Positions 20,555 through 29,952 of a DNA stretch of 64,000 bases are shown piece after piece. The notes below the pieces were generated by a model. The model was not told where the DNA came from and ran no database searches. It saw only the letters and a list, made by a program, of their open reading frames with translations. The stretch is from Candidatus Bathyarchaeia archaeon. GTDB taxonomy: Archaea > Thermoproteota > Bathyarchaeia > Bathyarchaeales > Bathycorpusculaceae. A program made the position numbers and the translations under genes. The stretch covers positions 66,259 to 130,258 of the forward strand of contig JBEKTQ010000010.1 in NCBI GenBank assembly GCA_049515895.1, given 5' to 3'. Position 1 is the stretch's first letter, and each line of letters begins with the position of its first letter.

Positions 20555-20623
20555 CTACCATTCTTCTTCTTCCCACTCTTCATCTTCGCCTTCTTCCCAT
20601 TCATCTTCCTCTTCGAATATCAT
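20555..20623 (-). CDS. 22-aa acidic Trp-containing micropeptide MIFEEEDEWEEGEDEEWEEEEW
   Basis: GGAGGTGA SD upstream of the ATG, TATA-like TTTAAAC further upstream, strongly biased composition. Confidence 0.6.
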   Translation of the reverse strand: MIFEEEDEWEEGEDEEWEEEEW

Positions 20624-20863
20624 GTCGATTTTTCACCTCCAAACAAGACGTATAGTCTACCCAGCCCTTGCGTCAGTTTAAACGTTTAGATTCGTCAACT
20701 GTCGTTAATCCCAAATGACAATTCAGTGCTAAAACATGTTTCATGCACAGATTTTCCACATAATCTTCGAATGCCTATTGGTGATGGGTTATCTCAAATA
20801 CCGATCTTTGACTTTTCGCTTAGCAACAAAATGAATAAATTTCTGCAGACCCACATTGATGGC

Positions 20864-20926
20864 GGGATGATGTGAGGCGACGGCTTCGAGCTTACGCTGT
20901 GAGAAATCGTCAAACATAGCTGACCC
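20864..20926 (+). ncRNA. Candidate C/D-box sRNA
   Basis: GGG/CCC terminal stem, C-box-like ATGATGT, D box CTGA, internal D'/C'-like TCGA and TGTGAGA, about 63 nt. Confidence 0.5.
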
Positions 20927-21079
20927 AAATTCTACAAAATTATTTTATCCTCATCAGTTGGAGACCGGGTAGGATAGGCGCTGAATGTGAGTAAGACCTC
21001 CTAAGCTCGCGAAGCGTCAATTTTAAAAGGCTTAAGCAGTCTATTTTGATTTGTAGTTTTAACCTAAAGCGGGATCGAT

Positions 21080-22105
21080 GTGAGTAACGAAAAAACTGGA
21101 AAAAGCGGTGCTTTCAAAAGCACAGACATGGGTGAACGGAGAATAATTGACATCATCGCCAGCCACCTTGAAGCCATGCCCAACCTCCCAGTGCCGTTCG
21201 GAGATGACGTATCCGCCGTCAGCATAGACGAAAAACAGGTTGCTGTACTCAAAACTGACATGCTTGTAGGCAAAACCGACGTGCCCCCCAGCATGAGCCT
21301 GTGGCAAGCCTCACGCAAAGCGGTAGTAATGAACATCAGCGACTTCGCCTCCAAAGGTGTCCAACCAGCGGCTGCGCTTGTATCGCTCGGGTTGCCCAAA
21401 GGATTAATACAAAAGGATATTGAAGAAATCGCACGTGGCTTAAATGCCGGAGCAAGGGAATACGGCGCTTACATTATCGGCGGAGACACCGGTGAAGCCT
21501 CAGACCTTATAATCTCTATCAGTCTTTTTGGCAAAGCTGAAAAATCGAGTCTAATGCTGCGCAGCGGGGCTAAGCCCGGCGATATGTTAGCGGTCACTGG
21601 GTTCTTCGGCAAATCAGCGGCTGGGCTACGTTTGCTGATGAATAATTGTTCAGCGTCACATCATCTGCGTGATGTCTTGTTGGGTGCGGTTTGCATGCCA
21701 AAAGCCCGACTGAAAGAAGGATTAGCACTTGGCCGTTCAGGCGCAGCGTCAGCCTCTATCGATTCAAGCGATGGCTTAGCTTGGAGCCTGCATGAAATCG
21801 CCAAAATGAGCAACGTTGGCTTCGTGGTCAACACCGTTCCTGTCTCAGACGAAGTTAGACGGTTCGCTGAATTCAACCATTTCGACCCCCTTGAGCTGGC
21901 ACTTTACGGCGGCGAAGAATATGAACTGGTCGTGACAATCAAACCTAACAAGTGGGTTGAAGCCGAAGTCGCAGTTGAAGCCGTCGGCGGATGCCTCCTG
22001 CCAATTGGAAAAGCCACAAGGGACACGCAATTGCTCTTAGACGTTGACGGCACGAAACGTTCTATTGAAGCTAGAGGTTGGGAACACTTCAAAAGCAAGA
22101 TTTAG
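21080..22105 (+). CDS. thiL: Thiamine-monophosphate kinase
   Basis: GDD, TDML, NISDFA, IGGDT, DSSDGL, GGEEYEL. Confidence 0.95.
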   Translation: MSNEKTGKSGAFKSTDMGERRIIDIIASHLEAMPNLPVPFGDDVSAVSIDEKQVAVLKTDMLVGKTDVPPSMSLWQASRKAVVMNISDFASKGVQPAAALVSLGLPKGLIQKDIEEIARGLNAGAREYGAYIIGGDTGEASDLIISISLFGKAEKSSLMLRSGAKPGDMLAVTGFFGKSAAGLRLLMNNCSASHHLRDVLLGAVCMPKARLKEGLALGRSGAASASIDSSDGLAWSLHEIAKMSNVGFVVNTVPVSDEVRRFAEFNHFDPLELALYGGEEYELVVTIKPNKWVEAEVAVEAVGGCLLPIGKATRDTQLLLDVDGTKRSIEARGWEHFKSKI

Positions 22106-22661
22106 CTTTGTAATCCAGCAAGTAATTGATTATTGTTATGCACGAAGCTGCCAAGTAAGGCTTTTTGCCCAAACTGATTTTTTCGCCAAACCTAAGCGCA
22201 AACCTCTCGACGTTTCTAGGCAACCCAACATGGTCACCAAGAACATAAATAGCGTCATCAGTTAAATCCGCCTCAACAGCGTTTTTTCCGCCTTCCTCCA
22301 AAACGTAAACCTTATGGGCCTGGGCTTCGGACTTAAGCAGGGATTCAAAACTTGTTTTGTCGGTGCTAATGCCCGGGTGTGGTTTGCCCGCGATAGTTTT
22401 TCTGAGGATTTGCTGCCATGTGTCCACGTCTGTGCGCACATCATACAGTTTTTCCCCGTCGATTTTTATGTGCAGTGGAGGCTTCGGTGGACCATTCAAT
22501 ACGGCGTGGAAGGTCACATCCCTGCGGATGCCATGAGACAGGAAAAGGCTGGCAACTATGCATTCGTGTGCTATGTCTAAGCGTCCAGCGTCATGGAGGT
22601 TATGGAATGACGCGTCGGTTTCTCCTAAACGTGAGAAAAGGATGAATTGTCTTGGCACCAC
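22089..22661 (-). CDS. trmY: tRNA pseudouridine(54) N1-methyltransferase (SPOUT)
   Basis: GRLDI, LFLSHGIRRD, VLGDHVG, ISLG..YLA. Confidence 0.88.
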   Translation of the reverse strand: MVPRQFILFSRLGETDASFHNLHDAGRLDIAHECIVASLFLSHGIRRDVTFHAVLNGPPKPPLHIKIDGEKLYDVRTDVDTWQQILRKTIAGKPHPGISTDKTSFESLLKSEAQAHKVYVLEEGGKNAVEADLTDDAIYVLGDHVGLPRNVERFALRFGEKISLGKKPYLAASCITIINYLLDYKAKSCF

Positions 22662-22923
22662 AGTTCACATTTTAGTGCTATTCAAACTTGCTTTAAAAGC
22701 ACTTCCCCACCCAGCAAGCTCAAGCTCCAAGATTGTTACATAATCAAATGCAGGAAGACAATGTTATTCGTTCAAACTATCGGCAGGCACAATTCAAGGT
22801 TGAAGTGAGCCATTTTCAATGCTCTCATGGCAATTTTAAACAAGTTAGAGTGTGGTCTGCCTTTGCAATGAGTAACTTCAATGAGTAACTTGAAAACCTG
22901 CAAGCTTAAGCTGTGCAGCTTAT

Positions 22924-23343
22924 TTAGATTAGAACCCTCTTAATTATTCCTGAATGATTCGCGCTTTTCTCCATGAATACGCTTATCTTGTTTTCCCCTA
23001 TCTTTATGAGAAGCACTTTCAGGTTTTTGCCTTCCGCCAACGCACTTTCTATTTCAGAAACGTTTAGCAGTTTTGCAATTTCCAGGCTGGAATCGTGCAG
23101 TTGATAAGATAACAAGGCATATTTGCTTATTTTGTCACTTTCAGTCAAGTCCATAATGGCTGAAGTGTTGCCTCTCATGATGTAGCCTAATACTCCTTTC
23201 AGTTTTCGTATTTCTGCCAGACTCGCGCCTAAACTTGCGAAAGCGGGATCTTCGCCATCCGAAGTTGTTATGGCGGCAACGTTAGTTAATGTTGTTTCAG
23301 CTCGGGTTATGTCTGCGCTCTGGCTCAATTTTTCTCCTCCCAC
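22924..23343 (-). CDS. Roadblock/LC7-like protein
   Basis: LAEIRKLKGVLGYI helix-strand pattern and C-terminal beta hairpin typical of Roadblock fold. Confidence 0.6.
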   Translation of the reverse strand: MGGEKLSQSADITRAETTLTNVAAITTSDGEDPAFASLGASLAEIRKLKGVLGYIMRGNTSAIMDLTESDKISKYALLSYQLHDSSLEIAKLLNVSEIESALAEGKNLKVLLIKIGENKISVFMEKSANHSGIIKRVLI

Positions 23344-24173
23344 GCCCCAGGGATAACAGGTTTAACCATCACAATCTTGCCTCTGCCTGTCCGCAAAATC
23401 TGCAGAATCCTCTCAGGAATCTGAATTATCCCTTTAGCTTTACCGTCTGCCTCCGTCATGGATCTAAACTTGCAAATGACCGATTTGCCCTCTAAGGTTT
23501 CAACGTTTACCTCAGAAATTTCCCTCTTACCATAAAGGTCGCTCCACTTAGCAACGACGTCAGCATCAACCCGCACCATATCTGAAGCAACCAGCAACCC
23601 CCCGATTCTCTCTACAATAAACTGATTCACGGGCGGTTTCGGAAAAACCTGCTTGGAAGACTCGGCTGGCGCATCTGGACTCTGTTCTGCAGGCTTGGGT
23701 TCTTCAGACAGTTCTTCAGGTGGCTTTTCAGGCAGCTGGGCAGTCTCTTTGACCTCTTCAACTTCAGACTTCACTTCATCCGATGGCTCGTTGTCGGGGG
23801 CTGATGGAGTAACTTGATCTAGAAGCTTGATGACGGTTGGCACGACAACGCAGTTTAAAGCTTTAACCATTTTTTCGTCTACCCCACGCGAAGAAACAGT
23901 TGCAATGTAGCGGCTGTTTGTAGATGTAATGTCAAGCTGGCTGCTTACGCCTTGTATAGTTAAGATCTCCATGCCCCCTACAACCTCCGCTTGGTTTGCT
24001 ATCTCGTCGAAAGCGTCTGCCAGTTTTTTGGCTTGATCCTCGGCGATGCTGTCTCCATTGCTAGCTAAGATTTCGCCGTCTTTTTTGAAAATGAAGGCTT
24101 TGGTCAGTTCTGGGCTGATGTTTTTGAATTCGTCCAAAACTGTTTGCAATGGGGTTAAATCGGCTTCGGTCAC
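23325..24173 (-). CDS. Roadblock-like N-terminal domain + Pro/Glu linker + small beta-barrel C-terminal domain
   Basis: AFIFKKDGEILAS Roadblock-like segment; low-complexity linker; IIQIPERILQIL..GRGKIVMVKP. Confidence 0.55.
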   Translation of the reverse strand: MTEADLTPLQTVLDEFKNISPELTKAFIFKKDGEILASNGDSIAEDQAKKLADAFDEIANQAEVVGGMEILTIQGVSSQLDITSTNSRYIATVSSRGVDEKMVKALNCVVVPTVIKLLDQVTPSAPDNEPSDEVKSEVEEVKETAQLPEKPPEELSEEPKPAEQSPDAPAESSKQVFPKPPVNQFIVERIGGLLVASDMVRVDADVVAKWSDLYGKREISEVNVETLEGKSVICKFRSMTEADGKAKGIIQIPERILQILRTGRGKIVMVKPVIPGAWEEKN

Positions 24174-24195
24174 TTTTTGCTGCCAACCTGTCCGG

Positions 24196-24621
24196 TTAAG
24201 TTATTTTGAAGAGAATTCTCTCTGGGATGCCCTCGTCTTGCAGCACTAGATACTTGAGACCCTCTGTGTCTCCGAGCTGGTCCAGCCATTTCAAGGCTTC
24301 ACGAACCTTCTGTAAAACCAACAGTCGCTCCTGATAGCTACGCACTACAGCCTCTATGGCCGTTAACTCATGGAAGGCGTTCGCGTCCAAAACAATATTT
24401 AAGGACCCCACAGTAATTTCGCCTAGATTCTCCGTCGTCGCTTTTTTGCCCGCCAACTTCATCACGACTTCGCGGACTTTCTTTGACTTCTCAGCCAACG
24501 ACCGAATCTCATCCAAACGACGCAGATACTCGCCCAACACGCTTTTGGTTTCAGACAATTCCTTGTCTAAAGCATCCGCTATTGCCTGTGCTGAATTATA
24601 CTCCTGTATTTGAGTTACCAT
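24196..24621 (-). CDS. Coiled-coil hypothetical protein
   Basis: Two long amphipathic helices around a short beta hairpin; SD GGAGGT. Confidence 0.7.
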   Translation of the reverse strand: MVTQIQEYNSAQAIADALDKELSETKSVLGEYLRRLDEIRSLAEKSKKVREVVMKLAGKKATTENLGEITVGSLNIVLDANAFHELTAIEAVVRSYQERLLVLQKVREALKWLDQLGDTEGLKYLVLQDEGIPERILFKIT

Positions 24622-24728
24622 AGCATTTTACCTCCAAAAGAGAAAAACAAAAGAGAAAGAAAAGTGGTGATGCAATTTCACCTTACCCCCGAATTTCCAA
24701 ACTAAAGATTGTGGAAAGCTAGGTTTGT

Positions 24729-25166
24729 TTATGGTCCAGTGTATGATGCTGAAGTTGTGAGACTGTTGCCTTTAGCAGTTTGCAGTTTTATTGTGTACTG
24801 TGCACTGTTTGCAAATGGGTAAGCATTGACTGTGATGGTGACATCTACTGAAGAACCCTTAGCAATTACTGCTGGAGTTGGTGAGTTTATAGTTGCGGTT
24901 TTTCCATCTATGGTTGCTAAGTTTATGGTCACTGAAGCGGAACCTGTGTTTTGAACTGTAATGACAGCCTGACCATCACCACTAACGTTGGATAATACGA
25001 CGTTTGTTATTGACGCTTGTTCCGAGTTTCCCATGAATCCTATGGTTAGTGCTCCCATCCATGCTGCTACGACGACGCTGACTGCGACGGTGACGGCGAT
25101 GAGTATGATTGTTGCGATTACGGGGCTTAGTGCTTTTGCATTTTTCCTAAATTTTCTGAAATTCAA
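24729..25166 (-). CDS. Archaeal type IV pilin (class III signal peptide)
   Basis: KKNAKA/LSPVIATIILIAVTVAV-type N-terminus (RKNAKA-LSPVIATIILIAVTVAV). Confidence 0.9.
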   Translation of the reverse strand: MNFRKFRKNAKALSPVIATIILIAVTVAVSVVVAAWMGALTIGFMGNSEQASITNVVLSNVSGDGQAVITVQNTGSASVTINLATIDGKTATINSPTPAVIAKGSSVDVTITVNAYPFANSAQYTIKLQTAKGNSLTTSASYTGP

Positions 25167-25379
25167 TTTGTTTCTTTACCCTCCTTTGGGTTGCTGAATA
25201 TACGTTCCACTTTAAGAGTTAATAAATATTATGACTTAATACACCATATTAAAGAAGTGTAAAACAAAACTACAGCAAGCAACCAAATCCTAAAACTCTA
25301 GCTAATCCCCGGACCTGCCGCTAACAATGAGCCCCTAAAAAAGATTAAGAGCAAAACAAAAAACTTTAGGAATACGCAA

Positions 25380-25712
25380 TTAAGCTTCGAGTTCACCGAA
25401 GAATCCGAGAAGCATCTTAGCAACTTTTTCGCCGAGTTCAGTCTTCAAGTAGAACTTTTTGAGCGGATCAATGCGTTCGCTCTTAGCTAAACCAAGCGAT
25501 TCAATCTCGATCATTCTTGCCCTAAACGTACCGTCACTTAGCGTCAGGTTGTTTGTGTGCATAAAGTCTTTGGCTTCCTTCCATTTGCCGCGGCTGGCGT
25601 AAAGCAGCAGCAGGCAGTCGATTGCGTGGTCTTTTTCAAGCATGGCTTTGATTGCAGACAGTTTAGGGTCAGTCAGAATGTGCTTAATCTTCTCGTCCTC
25701 ATTTTTCGCCAT
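25380..25712 (-). CDS. Winged-helix DNA-binding protein
   Basis: LSDGTFRARMIEIESLGLA helix and wing FYLKTELGEK. Confidence 0.7.
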   Translation of the reverse strand: MAKNEDEKIKHILTDPKLSAIKAMLEKDHAIDCLLLLYASRGKWKEAKDFMHTNNLTLSDGTFRARMIEIESLGLAKSERIDPLKKFYLKTELGEKVAKMLLGFFGELEA

Positions 25713-26045
25713 TTTTTAAACACCTTTTCTCCTTTCATTTGTTGTTAAACCAAAAGTTAGCGTCTTTCGCTTTTAAACCATATTGCGAATCATGAAACAT
25801 ATCTGCAGACGCCTTCCTTCCGAAATCAACTATAACAAGCAACTTGCTTATAAATTGTTACCGAGCAAGCTAGAAATGATTAATGTTAAACATTCATTCA
25901 TTAAATGGAATTGAAATCAATAAAGCTTCGAAGTTTTTTGAAGATTAGTGGCTGGCCGGCTTGGGTTTTTTGATGTTTATGTGGGTGGACTGGTGACTTG
26001 TGAGCGTTAAACTTAACTAAGGAAACCTGCAAATCATCACTTATT

Positions 26046-26654
26046 ATGAGGTGTGGAGAAGTGGTTTCCGAAACTGAATATGAAGTTCCAACTTGGAATC
26101 AGATATACGACATGTTGCTGAACCAAGCCGGGAAAATCCGAGGCGATGGCTACGCACCCGACATCATCGTGGGAATTGCGCGGGGTGGATTGGTGCCTTC
26201 ACGCATTTTGGCGGATCTTCTGGAGACGCGGGACTTCGCAATAATCACGATAGAATATTACTTTGGCATCGCCCAGAGGCAACGAGAGCCCATATTGAAA
26301 CAGTGCCTCCACACCCAGCTAACGGGCAAAAAGGTTTTGTTGGTTGATGATGTTTCCGACGGCGGCAGAAGCCTGCAGCTTGCCAAGAAGCATCTGGAGG
26401 AGCAGTGCGCCAAAGAAATCAAGATTGCCACGATCTACTGCAAACCCGGCACCGTAACGACGCCTGATTATTTCGAAAAGGAGACAAGCCACTGGATTGT
26501 TTTTCCCTGGGAAGCCAGAGAAACCTTGACGAAGATAGGGCGCAGAGTTGACGACAAACGCGCGATGGGCCAGGAAGTTTCAAATCTTGTGAGGGCAGGC
26601 TTTCCCAAGCAGTTGGCTGAGAAACTGCTTAGTGATGGCGGTCAGAACCCGTAA
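26046..26654 (+). CDS. Type I phosphoribosyltransferase (purine PRT-like)
   Basis: GIARGG, VLLVDDVSDGGRSL, WIVFPWE. Confidence 0.9.
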   Translation: MRCGEVVSETEYEVPTWNQIYDMLLNQAGKIRGDGYAPDIIVGIARGGLVPSRILADLLETRDFAIITIEYYFGIAQRQREPILKQCLHTQLTGKKVLLVDDVSDGGRSLQLAKKHLEEQCAKEIKIATIYCKPGTVTTPDYFEKETSHWIVFPWEARETLTKIGRRVDDKRAMGQEVSNLVRAGFPKQLAEKLLSDGGQNP

Positions 26655-27220
26655 TGCTGCATTATTTTGAAGAGTTCGGCGTGTACTGTGAGGTAACGGG
26701 GTTTAAGGGGGTAAGGTTTTCTGACGCAGAAGGTTTCCTGAAAGAGAGCCGAAAGAGAACTCGTTTAAAAGTTGAGATGCAGTTTTTCGATGCAAATGTA
26801 ATTGCTTCCTATCGGCATCTTTACTTCGCTGTTCTTAACGCGTTGCAAGCCTTCCAGAACAAAACAAACCTTTCGAGAAGTTTAGCCGTCGAAACGATGC
26901 TTTATGCTTCTGCGCAGCGGCAGATACAAAAAGCGATCCAACGCTGCGGTATCAAGCCTCAAACCGCAAACATGGCAACCACAATAATCGGCGAAAAACC
27001 CGGTGAAATCCGCGCCATGGTCGGAGAAATCAAGGCATGCGTTGGAGCGGAACCTGATGAAACCGTGCTGGAAATGACCGAGGTTAAGCTTGAGAGAATT
27101 AAGGTAGTCTTTCAGATTAAAGCTGAAGAGATTAAGTCTGTAATGAAGGATGAATGCCAAACCGATGCCGTTGTCAACCTTGTCGTTGAGCGTGTAGCCT
27201 TGCTTGCGACTCAGCTTTGA
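26654..27220 (+). CDS. cgi121: KEOPS complex subunit Cgi121
   Basis: HLYFAVLNA, ETMLYASAQRQIQKAI, VVERVALL. Confidence 0.9.
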   Translation: MLHYFEEFGVYCEVTGFKGVRFSDAEGFLKESRKRTRLKVEMQFFDANVIASYRHLYFAVLNALQAFQNKTNLSRSLAVETMLYASAQRQIQKAIQRCGIKPQTANMATTIIGEKPGEIRAMVGEIKACVGAEPDETVLEMTEVKLERIKVVFQIKAEEIKSVMKDECQTDAVVNLVVERVALLATQL

Positions 27221-27222
27221 GT

Positions 27223-27780
27223 CTACAGCATTTTCTCTTTCATAACAGACAGGATCTCGCTGGGTTTAAGCAGAGAGATGCCTGTTAACGCTCCAAGAAC
27301 CTCGATAAGCAAGATTCGATCTGGGTTATCCATGTCTGCTTTGCGTTTGATGTCAGAAGCGGCTGCCTCGATGATGTCTTTGGAGTGCAGCGTAGTGAAG
27401 CGTTTCTCAACCGTGACTCGGAAGGACTCCTGCTCGCCGATTCTGGCGGCTAATTCTTGGGTTACCCGCTTAATTTCCTCTAAGTCAGTAGGAATAACCC
27501 GTTCGATGGGCATGATTCTTAGGGCGTACCGGAATTCGTAAGGGCGCTCCCTTAGGATAACTCGCAGTTTCTCTATGGCGTCGAATGGGTCCAGCGTGGT
27601 TTTGGCTACGATTAAACCTTTGATTTTGGTTTTGCTTGTCTGTGGTTCTAGGTCGCCTAACTCTTCTTTGAGCAAATAGAACAGCTCGTTGCACATCGGA
27701 CGCTCGTTGCCCCGTGAAGTCGTCGCAACAATGTTGAAGTCGCTGATCATAACATTTCTCTCAGAAGTGAAAATGTACAT
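27223..27780 (-). CDS. Stand-alone THUMP-domain RNA-binding protein (TAN1-like)
   Basis: SFRVTVEKR, ADMDNPDRILLIEVLG. Confidence 0.85.
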   Translation of the reverse strand: MYIFTSERNVMISDFNIVATTSRGNERPMCNELFYLLKEELGDLEPQTSKTKIKGLIVAKTTLDPFDAIEKLRVILRERPYEFRYALRIMPIERVIPTDLEEIKRVTQELAARIGEQESFRVTVEKRFTTLHSKDIIEAAASDIKRKADMDNPDRILLIEVLGALTGISLLKPSEILSVMKEKML

Positions 27781-28013
27781 AGGCTATTTTTGCCTTTAGT
27801 TTCACGCTACTTTTGGCTTAGGGGCGTTTGTGTTTGCTTGTACAGCCTAACCCCCGGGTCCACTAGATGCTTCTATTAGGCTTCAAATATGAAACGATCT
27901 TGTTCGGTTGGAGCTGGTGTCTGCACTTTCACGTTTAATAATTTTTTTCAACGTGGTGTCAGGATTAAACATTTAAAAACTCGGATTTCACTGATTAGCA
28001 AACATAAACGTGC

Positions 28014-28090
28014 GCCTCGATGGCTCAGCCTGGTAGAGCGGCTGCCTCGTAAGCAGCAGGCCGCGGGACCGAAGCCCGCTCGAGGCTCCA
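28014..28090 (+). tRNA. tRNA-Thr (anticodon CGT), CCA encoded
   Basis: GCCTCGA/TCGAGGC acceptor stem, anticodon arm CTGC-CTCGTAA-GCAG, T-arm GCGGG/CCCGC; TATA TTTAAAAA upstream. Confidence 0.93.
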
Positions 28091-28245
28091 CACCTTTTTT
28101 CAGCAATAATAGCAGTTCTTTCTCAATCAATCCTGTCCAATATTGGATGATTACTAGTAGTCTTCCTTTTCTGAAGGATTATGCCACGGAAGGGTAAAAC
28201 GAGGACTTTGATTATTTTGCGCCACAAATAAAGCTCTGTTAGAAA

Positions 28246-28294
28246 TAAAAAAAGAGAGGAGCCAAATTCCTATTTAGGCGGGCACGGAATTGGC
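28246..28294 (-). terminator. Hairpin plus T-rich tract
   Basis: GCCAATTCC...GGAATTTGGC followed by CTCTCTTTTTTT on minus strand. Confidence 0.45.
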
Positions 28295-28365
28295 TTATTG
28301 ATTTTGTGTCATAACTACTTCGCTCTTTTTGTTCACCTCCTTTTGTTTTGCTCTGAGGCAGTGGG

Positions 28366-28479
28366 TTAGGTTGGGTTACCTTTGATGAATTTTCGGTATT
28401 TCATATTATAGTATGCGAAGGCCGCAGTTAACGAGCTTAAGCATAGCACAAACATGGGTGAACTTGTCTCCGCTATCAT
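28366..28479 (-). CDS. 37-aa single-TM small protein
   Basis: MIAETSSPMFVLCLSSLTAAFAYYNMKYRKFIKGNPT after AGGTGA SD. Confidence 0.4.
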   Translation of the reverse strand: MIAETSSPMFVLCLSSLTAAFAYYNMKYRKFIKGNPT

Positions 28480-28857
28480 TCTTTCTCACCTATACATGAG
28501 GGAAGTACAGGGTTTCTTCTTTTGGAGCTGTCTTGTTTGGGGATTTTTTTTCCATTTTTTCACCATCGTTTTCTGACATTTACGGGTCGATAAATAATAT
28601 AAGGCTGTTTGAGATTTGTTCATAATTATTGTGAAAAGTTGCATAAATAACATAATTGTAATTGTATGCGCTGTGACAACGTTTGGTAATTGCATGAAAA
28701 GATTTACATTTGTGGAATTAGGGTGGCGCATGACTCTCTTCGGTCCCTATTGTTAGTGTATCTGTGTTGTGCTGTTAGGCTAGGCATCGCACTGTGAAGT
28801 AAGCTTTATTAAATGTTACTATACTCGATGTTAAATTGAACGTGGGAGGCGAATGAC

Positions 28858-29190
28858 GTGCAGCTTTTCCATGGGCATGAACAAAAACTAAAATGCCCTT
28901 ACAAAGGATGCGAAAAAGTATTCGACAAGCCAAGCGTCATTACGGACAACAGTACCATCCCGAGGCAAACCCATTTCGCCTGCCCCTACTGTATGTCCAA
29001 GCTCAAACTAATCACTGAAAAAAATCGGGTTCTCGAGGTTAGGCCGACCGAGTACCCCACAGTCTTCGACAGCCCAGCTAAGTGCGCCCGGTACAGCAGC
29101 CTACTCCACGCGCCTGGAGAAAGCATGCTTTCACAAGAGGAATGCCTAGTCTGCCCCAAAGTGCTCCAATGCAACATACGCAAAAAATAG
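28858..29190 (+). CDS. Cys-rich Zn-finger hypothetical protein
   Basis: CPYKGC, CPYC, CLVC...C. Confidence 0.7.
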   Translation: MQLFHGHEQKLKCPYKGCEKVFDKPSVITDNSTIPRQTHFACPYCMSKLKLITEKNRVLEVRPTEYPTVFDSPAKCARYSSLLHAPGESMLSQEECLVCPKVLQCNIRKK

Positions 29191-29194
29191 TTAG

Positions 29195-29731
29195 TTATAA
29201 TCTAAAGTTAAATGAGCCTGAAGACGATTGCTTTTCGGTAACTTCCACGTGCTCTATTACGATCACTGCTCCAATAACTACCCTATGATCAACTTCGCCC
29301 GTTATCGACACGCCTAATTGGTCTCTCACTGTTACCCATTTCTTGTGGACAGTGGCGACTGATTGCCCCGAGACCTCTATTTGGTATTCGTGTTCGGTGA
29401 AGTCTCCGTAGATGCGCATGAACTCGGCGCCGTCTTTTTCCACCCAGAACTCTTCGCCGACCAGTTTGGCTATCTTTCTCTTTATTGTTCCCAGCTCTTC
29501 CCCCGATGAGCCATAGAGAGAGAATTCTTTGCGCAGGGACAGGGTTTTGCCTTGCAGGTGCATGAGTTCTATGCCGTGGGTGTCTCTGACTTGGAATTTG
29601 GGCGGAACTTGGATGAGGTTGCCGTCGGCTTCGGCTAGCTTGTTGCCTTTAAGGTCTAAGAAATCGTAGTGTTCGTGGGCTGAGAGGATTTTTTTCTGCA
29701 ATATGAAATCGTTTGCTTCAAGCAGACTCAT
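29195..29731 (-). CDS. LURP-one/scramblase (Tubby C2-like) family protein
   Basis: KKILSAHEHYD, GTIKRK, GDFTEHEY, VHKKWVTVRD. Confidence 0.8.
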   Translation of the reverse strand: MSLLEANDFILQKKILSAHEHYDFLDLKGNKLAEADGNLIQVPPKFQVRDTHGIELMHLQGKTLSLRKEFSLYGSSGEELGTIKRKIAKLVGEEFWVEKDGAEFMRIYGDFTEHEYQIEVSGQSVATVHKKWVTVRDQLGVSITGEVDHRVVIGAVIVIEHVEVTEKQSSSGSFNFRL

Positions 29732-29952
29732 AACAGTTCACTGGAATTGAGTGTGTTGGTTTAGGCTAAAAAAGCCTTCGCACCACTAAAGAGTGACCCA
29801 TACTATTTTTGGTTAAAACCACACAAAAAACAGCATCCAACCATCATTCAGCACCATAACCAACCTAAATCAAAGGTAAAAGTTTATATTTCCGTTGACT
29901 TTTTGCTTATTTCCGATATAATAAAACAAGTTCTACTAAGATGGGATAACAT

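Noticed and set aside
20945-21015. Second possible guide sRNA on the minus strand ending in CTGA
   Set aside because: No convincing C box or target found by eye
22866-22891. 13-bp tandem duplication CAATGAGTAACTT
   Set aside because: Only two copies and no supporting context
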